From Candidatus Nomurabacteria bacterium (GTDB lineage: Bacteria; Patescibacteriota; Saccharimonadia; Saccharimonadales; JAGQNJ01), in NCBI GenBank assembly GCA_023898625.1, contig CP060231.1, positions 276,258-340,257 on the forward strand: a DNA stretch of 64,000 nt, written 5' to 3'. This document shows, one piece after another, positions 19,098 to 26,364 of this stretch. Position 1 is the stretch's first letter. Every line of letters starts with the position of its first letter. Both the position numbers and the translations under genes were made by a program. Under the pieces are notes generated by a model, which did not search any database, was not told where the DNA came from, and was given only the letters and a program-made list of their open reading frames with translations.

Positions 19098-20750
19098 TTA
19101 CATCATCCCCATTCCACCACCCATACCCATTCCACCACCCGCTGGCATTGGAGACTCTTTTTCTGGTACATCAACAACTAAAGCACCCATGGTCATACTT
19201 GTTCCGGCAATCGAAACAGCATTTTGAATTGCCTCTTTTGTTACCCTTGTTGGGTCAACAACCCCATTAGATTTAAGGTCTACTAATTTACTTGGGCTAT
19301 TCACATTGACACCTTGGCCTGCTTTTGCTTTTTTGACTTGTGGCAACCACTCATCTGGGTTGATTGCAGAGTTAAGCATCAAGATTCTGAATGGCTGTTC
19401 TAAAGCACTCTTTAGAAGTTGAGCGCCAGCAGAACTTGAATCATGACCACCAATTTTGATGGTTTCTGCTAGATTCACCAGTGTTACTCCACCTCCAGGT
19501 ACGATGCCTTCTTCAAGTGCCGCCTTTGTGGCTGCAACTGCATCATCAACACGGAACTTCTTCTCCTCAATCTCTGTCTCTGTTGCACCACCAACCTTAA
19601 TTACCGCTACTTTACCTTGCAATGAAGCACGTCGTTTATCCAACTGCTCTTTGTCGTACTCACTACTAGCATTATCGGCCTGTCCAACAATCTGGGTAAT
19701 TCTTTGTTTTACATCTGTTGCTCGTCCTGCACCTTCAATAATTGTTGTTTCATCCTTTGTGACAATAATTTTACGAGCAGTTCCGACAACATCAAGCTCA
19801 ACGTTTTCGAATGTCATACCTTGTTCTTCGCTGATTACCACACCACCAGTTAGTATTGCAATATCCTGCAAAACATCTTTGCGTCGATCACCAAAGCTTG
19901 GTGCTTTGACGGCGACTGTATTTAGTACTCCCTTTAATTTATTGAGTACAAGGGTTCCTAATACCTCGCCCTCAACATCCTCTGCGATAATTACAAGATC
20001 CTTTTTCCCAGCTTGAGCAAGCTTTTCTAGTAACGGAAGAAATTCTTGCACAGAACTAATCTTCTTGTCGGTAATTACGATTGCTGGCTTGTCGTATACT
20101 GCCTCCATGCGAGTCGTATCAGTGACCATTAAGGCACTTACATAGCCCTTATCGAAAGTAAAGCCTTCTACAACTTCACTTTCAAGCTCTAGGCTCTGAC
20201 CTTCTTCAACTGTCACAACTCCATCTTTACCAACCTTTTCGATAACATCAGCGATCAAACTACCAATTTCACTATCACCAGCGCTAATAGTGGCGACTTC
20301 GGCGACCCGTTTCTTGTTGCTCTTAATATCTTCACTTAGACCACTTAACTTGGCAATTACATCTTGAGACGCTGACTCTAGGCCTTTTCTGAGCAACATT
20401 GGATTGTGACCCGCGGCAATTAATTTATTTGCCTCGCTAAGGATATGATATGTCAAGACAGTTACCGTTGTTGTTCCGTCACCAGCCACATCATTCATTT
20501 TATTTGCAGCTTGCTTGATAAGCTCAGCGCCAACCTTGTAGCCTAAAGTCTCGTCGTCTTTATCTTCAATCTCTACACCTTTGGCAACAGTTACTCCATC
20601 ATGTGTAACAGTAGGGTTGCCATAAGACTTACTAATCACTACATTTCGACCTTTTGGTCCCATAGTAGTTTTAACTGCTTCGTATAAAATTCGCGCACCC
20701 TCTAGAACTCGTCGACGAGCATCTTCATCATAAAAAACTTTTTTTGCCAT
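19098..20750 (-). CDS. groL: chaperonin GroEL
   Basis: Full-length Cpn60 sequence (AAVEEGIVPGGG) with a C-terminal GGM repeat tail. Confidence 0.97.
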   Translation of the reverse strand: MAKKVFYDEDARRRVLEGARILYEAVKTTMGPKGRNVVISKSYGNPTVTHDGVTVAKGVEIEDKDDETLGYKVGAELIKQAANKMNDVAGDGTTTVTVLTYHILSEANKLIAAGHNPMLLRKGLESASQDVIAKLSGLSEDIKSNKKRVAEVATISAGDSEIGSLIADVIEKVGKDGVVTVEEGQSLELESEVVEGFTFDKGYVSALMVTDTTRMEAVYDKPAIVITDKKISSVQEFLPLLEKLAQAGKKDLVIIAEDVEGEVLGTLVLNKLKGVLNTVAVKAPSFGDRRKDVLQDIAILTGGVVISEEQGMTFENVELDVVGTARKIIVTKDETTIIEGAGRATDVKQRITQIVGQADNASSEYDKEQLDKRRASLQGKVAVIKVGGATETEIEEKKFRVDDAVAATKAALEEGIVPGGGVTLVNLAETIKIGGHDSSSAGAQLLKSALEQPFRILMLNSAINPDEWLPQVKKAKAGQGVNVNSPSKLVDLKSNGVVDPTRVTKEAIQNAVSIAGTSMTMGALVVDVPEKESPMPAGGGMGMGGGMGMM

Positions 20751-20773
20751 TTGTTAATTCTCCCCTTCTTGTC

Positions 20774-21043
20774 TTATTTAACAATTGCGATAATATTCTT
20801 TTTGTAAACTACAGTGTATTCATCAGCACCAAACTTAACTGTTGTCGCTTCATACTCATTCTTGTATATAATCTTGTCGCCAACCTTGACGCCCTTAACA
20901 TCAGATCCAACCGCAACAACCTTAGCAGTCTTTGGCTTTTCTTGAGCAGAATCAGGAATATATAATCCGCTTGTTGTTGTAGTTTTTGTTTCTTCCGCTT
21001 GAACAACCACGTAATCTTCCATTGGTTGAATTTTATTTGTCAT
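20774..21043 (-). CDS. groES: co-chaperonin GroES
   Basis: 89 aa Cpn10 immediately upstream of groEL. Confidence 0.93.
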   Translation of the reverse strand: MTNKIQPMEDYVVVQAEETKTTTTSGLYIPDSAQEKPKTAKVVAVGSDVKGVKVGDKIIYKNEYEATTVKFGADEYTVVYKKNIIAIVK

Positions 21044-21076
21044 CTTATCCTCCTTATACTAGATTTTCAGTTGCAG

Positions 21077-21103
21077 TTAGCACTTATGCTATTAGAGTGC
21101 TAA
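21077..21103 (-). promoter_or_regulatory. CIRCE operator (HrcA binding site) upstream of groES
   Basis: TTAGCACTT-N9-GAGTGCTAA. One mismatch to the TTAGCACTC-N9-GAGTGCTAA consensus. Lies 34 nt upstream of the groES start. Confidence 0.85.
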
Positions 21104-21141
21104 CTTTCAGCACTCACTATAGCCGATTGCTAATTTAGCTG

Positions 21142-22029
21142 TCAAGCATCGGATTGATTTTGGATTGAAGAATGTAAGATACTATCTATAAACTGTTTGG
21201 TAGCATTGGTTGGAATACACATAATCTCACGACCATCCTGCAGGGCACTAACCAACATACCCTCACGAACGACACGTATCTTGTAGTCGCTACCAACTAA
21301 ACCAATCTCTTCTTTGCCCCACGGAACAACATTTAAAACCAACTTTTTCCCTAGGTTAATATCGAGAATAAATTCCCTATCAAACTCATCAGTTCTCGGC
21401 GAATCTTCGCTGGGTAATGTTTCGTGAATTGCAATATCGAATGTTGTTGACTCCCCTACATCATAGTCAATAACACCATATCTGCGAGCAATCAATCGAT
21501 GCTTGGTTTCTAGGTCAATATCAAAAATCCTTGATGCTAGAGTGTACGTATTTGTTTGGGGAGTACTTAAATATTCAATCTGGGTTGGAATCATTCTTGG
21601 ATCTTGCTCAGACTGTGGAATCGGGTATACTCTTGGAAAATCTAGACGTTCTGCTAATTGCTGAGCAGAAAACCCAGGAACCCTAGTGCCAGTACGTGGG
21701 TTAAAATACGTCACTTTGACTGCATTATCTATCCAAAAAACCACATCTTTTGGGCTAACCTGCCATTGATCTGTACAAATCTCAACACCTTGGTCTGGAT
21801 TTGATAACCAAACTCCAGCCCCCGTAAAATCATTAGTATCTGCTGGTAGTCCAGTTATAACAATTCTGTCACCACTATTATTATCAGTAAACACTGAGCA
21901 CTCTTCGTACAAATCAGTGTTAATAACAGCCGGCTCAAGCTCAACGCCTCTTATTTCGCGATATGCTTGAAAGTTATACAGTGTATCAAGCAAATAATCT
22001 TCTGGCTTCTGATGTAACATCTCGCTCAT
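21142..22029 (-). CDS. hypothetical protein
   Basis: 295-aa ORF with no recognisable motif. Co-directional with 22040..22681 and 10 nt from it. Confidence 0.5.
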   Translation of the reverse strand: MSEMLHQKPEDYLLDTLYNFQAYREIRGVELEPAVINTDLYEECSVFTDNNSGDRIVITGLPADTNDFTGAGVWLSNPDQGVEICTDQWQVSPKDVVFWIDNAVKVTYFNPRTGTRVPGFSAQQLAERLDFPRVYPIPQSEQDPRMIPTQIEYLSTPQTNTYTLASRIFDIDLETKHRLIARRYGVIDYDVGESTTFDIAIHETLPSEDSPRTDEFDREFILDINLGKKLVLNVVPWGKEEIGLVGSDYKIRVVREGMLVSALQDGREIMCIPTNATKQFIDSILHSSIQNQSDA

Positions 22030-22039
22030 AATACCCTCG

Positions 22040-22681
22040 CTAGTTCTGTGGGACTATCGCCCACTCGTCAAGTTTTATTATGAGTTCTTCAGCGTAAGCT
22101 CTATCTAGTTGTCGGAGCTGTCTTTTGCTTACTCTATCTTGGGTTGTGCTTGATTGCATTGTTGCCTCTTCAATAGCAGACATTATGTCAATATCATCTA
22201 AAGAATATTCTACTTCTGAATGTAAGTCGCTGAGGTTAGGGAGCCATGCATGAATGCCTTGTTCGTCAATACGGCTATATCGCCACTCTCCTGACTTGCT
22301 CTGATGCGCCACAAAATAACTATCCGTTTTATACGGTAATGTTGAATAATCCTCTAAGAGCGAAGCTACAGCTTCTCTAACAGAACTATACTCATCGTTC
22401 ATTCTTGCCAAAACCCTGATTTTCTCTACACCATAATCTGGCTTCCCGCCACTTTCTGTCAAAAGAACACTGAATAACTTCTCGTCAACTAAAGAGTGAG
22501 TGTCAATCTGCACCAGATCAACGACAGATTTTTGGGGTTTATCTGCCCGGTAGCTTCTAAGTGAGTCATTAAAAGCATCATCAACAACAAAGCCCAGCTG
22601 ATCTACGAGATCAACAAACACTGGACTATCAGGGCCTAGCTCAAAATTACGGGATTCATCAAAACTACTCATCATGTACAA
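22040..22681 (-). CDS. hypothetical acidic protein
   Basis: 213-aa ORF with no recognisable motif. Confidence 0.5.
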   Translation of the reverse strand: MYMMSSFDESRNFELGPDSPVFVDLVDQLGFVVDDAFNDSLRSYRADKPQKSVVDLVQIDTHSLVDEKLFSVLLTESGGKPDYGVEKIRVLARMNDEYSSVREAVASLLEDYSTLPYKTDSYFVAHQSKSGEWRYSRIDEQGIHAWLPNLSDLHSEVEYSLDDIDIMSAIEEATMQSSTTQDRVSKRQLRQLDRAYAEELIIKLDEWAIVPQN

Positions 22682-22719
22682 TTATACAACAAATGTGACT
22701 TAGAAGCAATTGTTTGGTA

Positions 22720-22748
22720 TTGACATTTTTTGATATTTGTGTTTAAAT
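22720..22748 (+). promoter_or_regulatory. sigma70-like promoter for the high-GC ORF
   Basis: TTGACA (22720-22725), 17-nt spacer, TTAAAT (22743-22748). Confidence 0.45.
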
Positions 22749-22782
22749 GAATTGTCCCATTTCCCGACTAACAAGGAGTATG

Positions 22783-23202
22783 ATGGAGACAATCAAGGTA
22801 GATGGCGAAGCCATCGAAGTAGGAGATATCAAGTTCTCCTACACCAACGGCGTTGCGATGGCGCACCTGCCATCGGCCGTCGTTCGTACCTGGCTCCCCG
22901 CCATGTACGAGGTATACGGCTCGCGCGAGTTCTTCTCACGTGAGATCGAATCTTTCCGGGACACCGGAAGGTGGATATCGTTCACATTCGTGAACCACTC
23001 GCTTCAGAGCGAGGTCATGCGTGTGATCGTGTTGCAGTTGGTCGAGCAATCGGCTCAACTCCATCAGGAGCGTGAGCGAGCTCGTTCACGCAAGAACCAT
23101 CCGTCCAACGGACGGAACTTGGTGGTGGCCAACCCTGACCGCTACCATGAGGCTTCGCCTCAGAAGTTCACCAACAAGCCTCCTTTCATGAGGCGTCGGT
23201 GA
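22783..23202 (+). CDS. hypothetical protein, compositionally foreign (high GC)
   Basis: ORF track 22747..23202. Start placed at ATG 22783 (or 22780) after the AAGGAG RBS at 22773-22778. Hand-counted GC is roughly 57%, against about 40% in the flanks. Basic C-terminus. Confidence 0.6.
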   Translation: METIKVDGEAIEVGDIKFSYTNGVAMAHLPSAVVRTWLPAMYEVYGSREFFSREIESFRDTGRWISFTFVNHSLQSEVMRVIVLQLVEQSAQLHQERERARSRKNHPSNGRNLVVANPDRYHEASPQKFTNKPPFMRRR

Positions 23203-23225
23203 GCTAAGATCGCTGGGGGTGACCA

Positions 23226-23280
23226 TGAGGGGTTGCAGGCCGGTTGACAACGTCGTCAACATCAAGGCCTGCGCCCCTCA
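23226..23280 (+). terminator. GC-rich nested stem-loop downstream of the high-GC ORF
   Basis: TGAGGGGTTGCAGGCC pairs imperfectly with GGCCTGCGCCCCTCA. An inner GTTGAC-AACGTC-GTCAAC hairpin sits inside. No U-tract, so terminator function is uncertain. Confidence 0.35.
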
Positions 23281-23401
23281 GGTCGCAAGCGATTAACATC
23301 TACCAACCTGGGCAGTGTGCCACTCTTTCTATTACAGAAATCGAGAAAATCACTGCCCCTAATTCATATTTCATCATTCACACTAAACAGCTTCTTGGCT
23401 G

Positions 23402-24694
23402 TTATTTTTTTAGAACTTTTTTAGTCACATCTATATCACTCCAGGCAATCTTTTTGCCACCCATATTGCGAGTTGTTTGGTGTCCAATACCAGATATTAT
23501 GACCACATCACCCTTCTTGGCATTTTTTAATGCCGACTCAATTGCTTTAGTACGATCAGCATACATGGTGACTTTTGAGCGATAATTCTTCTTAACACCA
23601 CCGTAAACCGCTTGTCTGATTGCCTCAGCATTCTCAGTGTATGTTTCATCATCTGTTAAGTAAACTTTATCTGCGAGCTTGCTAGCTACTTCACCCATTT
23701 TAGGACGCTTTGTTTTGTCACGATCCCCAGTTGCGCCAAACACAATGTGTAACTTGCCCTTCCCTGCTAAATGGCGTGTTGTTGTTAGTACGCTTTCGAT
23801 TGCCCCTGGAGTAACCGCATAATCAATTAAGACATGAAAATTTTGCCCTTCATCAATCGGCATCATTCGACCATTCACATAAGCTAAATTGGCAACTCCT
23901 TTTTCGATATCTTTGGGTGATAAACCAACAATTCGCCCCACAGCCACACCTGCTAGTACGTTATAGACATTAAAACCACCGATTAATGGAGATTTGATTT
24001 TGTAAACATCACCATCTATGGTAGCTAAGAAATTGTTACCTTTTAATGTTGATTCTATTTTCGATGCCCTCAAATCGCCCTTGTTAATTCCGTAGGTTAC
24101 GGCAGTCTGAATATCGTGCTTAAAGTATTCTGCAGACTTGTCATCAGCATTGATAATTCCAGTTTTCAAACCATGTTTATTGGTGTTTGCTAGCTTAAAG
24201 AGTCTTTCTTTTGCTTTACGATAGTTTTCAAAAGTTTCATGATAATCCAGATGCTCTGGGCTCAAGTTTGTTAGCACCGCTAAGGTAAAAGGGATCCCCC
24301 AGACCCGCCGTTGCCACAAAGCATGACTAGAAACTTCTAAAACAAGCCACTCTACACCGTTATTGTTAATTGTTGATATCAAACGATTAAGTTGCTTAGC
24401 ACTCCCTGTGGTCAATTGTGTTGGGTTTTCTTGTTCGCCTTCTCCATCACCAAAATCCACCGAAGCAGTGGTAATCATTGCTGTTTTATGACCCGCACTA
24501 CGCAATATGCTAGCAATCAACATACAAGTCGTTGTTTTGCCATCAGTGCCAGTTACCCCAATAACCTTCAGCTTCTTTGCAGGATACCCTGACTTTTGCT
24601 GGGCAATAATTGCCTCGGCCCAGTGACCATACGGCTCTATGTGCTTAAACGCTCCTTTTGGTATTATTGATTTAACCAGTTTTCGGCTATTCAT
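23402..24694 (-). CDS. murE: Mur ligase family protein, MurE-like (short N-terminus)
   Basis: P-loop GVTGTDGKTTT at about residue 48. Mur ligase middle and C-terminal domains (GDRDKTKRP). Lacks a DNPR motif. Confidence 0.6.
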   Translation of the reverse strand: MNSRKLVKSIIPKGAFKHIEPYGHWAEAIIAQQKSGYPAKKLKVIGVTGTDGKTTTCMLIASILRSAGHKTAMITTASVDFGDGEGEQENPTQLTTGSAKQLNRLISTINNNGVEWLVLEVSSHALWQRRVWGIPFTLAVLTNLSPEHLDYHETFENYRKAKERLFKLANTNKHGLKTGIINADDKSAEYFKHDIQTAVTYGINKGDLRASKIESTLKGNNFLATIDGDVYKIKSPLIGGFNVYNVLAGVAVGRIVGLSPKDIEKGVANLAYVNGRMMPIDEGQNFHVLIDYAVTPGAIESVLTTTRHLAGKGKLHIVFGATGDRDKTKRPKMGEVASKLADKVYLTDDETYTENAEAIRQAVYGGVKKNYRSKVTMYADRTKAIESALKNAKKGDVVIISGIGHQTTRNMGGKKIAWSDIDVTKKVLKK

Positions 24695-24769
24695 ATTTTA
24701 ATAATACAACTGGTCAACAATAATCAAAAATCAACTGCTGATACTTTTATACCTGTTATACTTATACCA

Positions 24770-25831
24770 ATGATTGTTCTGGGAATTGAAAGTAGTTGCG
24801 ATGAAACATCCGTTGGTATTGTTAAAAATGGTGATACATTATTGGCCTGCTCAACTGCTAGCAGTATGAATATCCACGCCAAATATGGTGGTGTAGTACC
24901 AGAGATTGCTGCCCGTGAGCATATTCAAGCCATGACACCTACTCTAAAAGATGCACTTAATCAATCTGGGTTAAACTGGAAAGACATTGACGCCATTGCC
25001 GTTACTAATGGCGCTGGGCTAGGAGGCTCCTTGTTAATCGGGGTATTGACAGCGCGAACCTTGGCAATAACTAAAAATAAACCACTTTACGCCTGCAACC
25101 ATGTCGAGGGTCATGTATATGCCAACTTCTTAACCAAAACGGCGCTATCTGGATACAACCTTCCAAAAAAACAGCCCAACTTCCCTCTTTTGGCGCTTAT
25201 TGTCAGCGGTGGACATACACAACTAGTATTGTTCCAGGATCATTTTAACTACCAACTACTTGGCCAAACTCACGACGACGCGATTGGAGAGGCTTTTGAT
25301 AAAGTAGCTAAAATCCTTGGCCTCCCCTACCCCGGAGGGCCAAGTATCGCAAAATCTGCCAGCGGAGGAAACCCAAATGCCTTGCAATTACCCAAAGCAC
25401 GAATGGAAAACCGTTATGATTTTAGCTTCTCTGGGCTTAAAACAGCCGTTTTAAGGGCGACTCAGAACATTTTGGGTGTAGACCACACTTTTGAAAGTTT
25501 TCGGCTTGCAGAGCGTCTAAATGCCTCTCAGCGCAAAGATATTTCTGCAAGTTTTCAAAGAGTAGCAATAGAAACAGTCGTTGACAAAACACTCGACGCC
25601 TTTCGCACTTATGCCGTAAATAGCGTGGTCATTGCTGGGGGTGTTGCTTCTAACCTTGAGTTACGACATCAGTTATCTGAACGACTACCAATCGATGTTG
25701 AATATACTGATCCAAAACTCTGCACCGATAATGGCGCTATGATTGCTACTCTGGGGTGCTTTAAGATGAAATGTGATCAGCCGACAGCAGACCCTAATTC
25801 CCTAGATATTGAGCCTAATCTCTCGATGTAG
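24770..25831 (+). CDS. tsaD: tRNA N6-adenosine threonylcarbamoyltransferase
   Basis: GIESSCDET N-terminal motif. Kae1/Gcp family length and motifs (HVEGH, SGGHT). Confidence 0.92.
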   Translation: MIVLGIESSCDETSVGIVKNGDTLLACSTASSMNIHAKYGGVVPEIAAREHIQAMTPTLKDALNQSGLNWKDIDAIAVTNGAGLGGSLLIGVLTARTLAITKNKPLYACNHVEGHVYANFLTKTALSGYNLPKKQPNFPLLALIVSGGHTQLVLFQDHFNYQLLGQTHDDAIGEAFDKVAKILGLPYPGGPSIAKSASGGNPNALQLPKARMENRYDFSFSGLKTAVLRATQNILGVDHTFESFRLAERLNASQRKDISASFQRVAIETVVDKTLDAFRTYAVNSVVIAGGVASNLELRHQLSERLPIDVEYTDPKLCTDNGAMIATLGCFKMKCDQPTADPNSLDIEPNLSM

Positions 25832-26105
25832 CAGGAAACTTAGCAACCACTGCAAACAGATATTCGCCCTCGCCCGTCCGTGTTACGGCACTGTTATGTC
25901 TGCTCGCCTCAGTGTTTAGTTTGCCATTCATATTTAGAAAAACTGCATAAGCGCCAAGTTGTCTAGTATAAAACTCAACAAACTCAAGGTTGGTTTGTTC
26001 ACGACCAAGCGCTTCATCGTATACACCACTTGATTGACGCAACTCCGACCAAGAAGTCTCGATAATTGTTTCTTCAAAGCCTTCTTCTAAAAACATAAGC
26101 TTCAC
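25815..26105 (-). CDS. hypothetical protein
   Basis: 96-aa ORF convergent with tsaD, overlapping it by 17 nt. No domain recognised. Confidence 0.35.
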   Translation of the reverse strand: MKLMFLEEGFEETIIETSWSELRQSSGVYDEALGREQTNLEFVEFYTRQLGAYAVFLNMNGKLNTEASRHNSAVTRTGEGEYLFAVVAKFPATSRD

Positions 26106-26312
26106 ATTATAACAGCGCTTATGCTATTTGTCAATATTGTTTACATAACATCTCTTTGTTATGCTTAGCTTACTAAAACAAAAACGTAGGTACCGTCTCG
26201 AAACCCATCGAGATAGCACATTAGAAACAAATTTATCAGTTATGGAGGGTGGGAATTTAAGCTTGCAGTCGCTAGTGATTGTATAAGTTTGTTTTCACGT
26301 GAAAAGTATTAT

Positions 26313-26338
26313 TCATCTCTGACAGAGGTGATTTTTTT
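26313..26338 (+). terminator. intrinsic terminator-like hairpin in the valS leader (possible attenuator)
   Basis: TCATCTC-TGACA-GAGGTGA stem-loop with one G-U pair, then T7. Lies 26 nt upstream of the valS ATG. Confidence 0.55.
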
Positions 26339-26364
26339 ATTAAAAAGTGATAAAATAACCCCTT

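Noticed and set aside
19456-20016. 186-aa ORF antisense to groEL. Similar nested or antisense ORFs lie inside ndh, argS, the ABC permease gene, purL, purM, the VirB6-like gene and others.
   Set aside because: Each is wholly contained in a well-supported gene on the opposite strand or in another frame, with low-complexity translations.
26240-26262. GGAGGGTGGGAAT in the valS leader considered as a T-box core (GGGUGG).
   Set aside because: The following ..ACC.CG part of the T-box consensus is absent. The element is about 60 nt from the terminator. No clear specifier loop was found, so it cannot be called from sequence alone.
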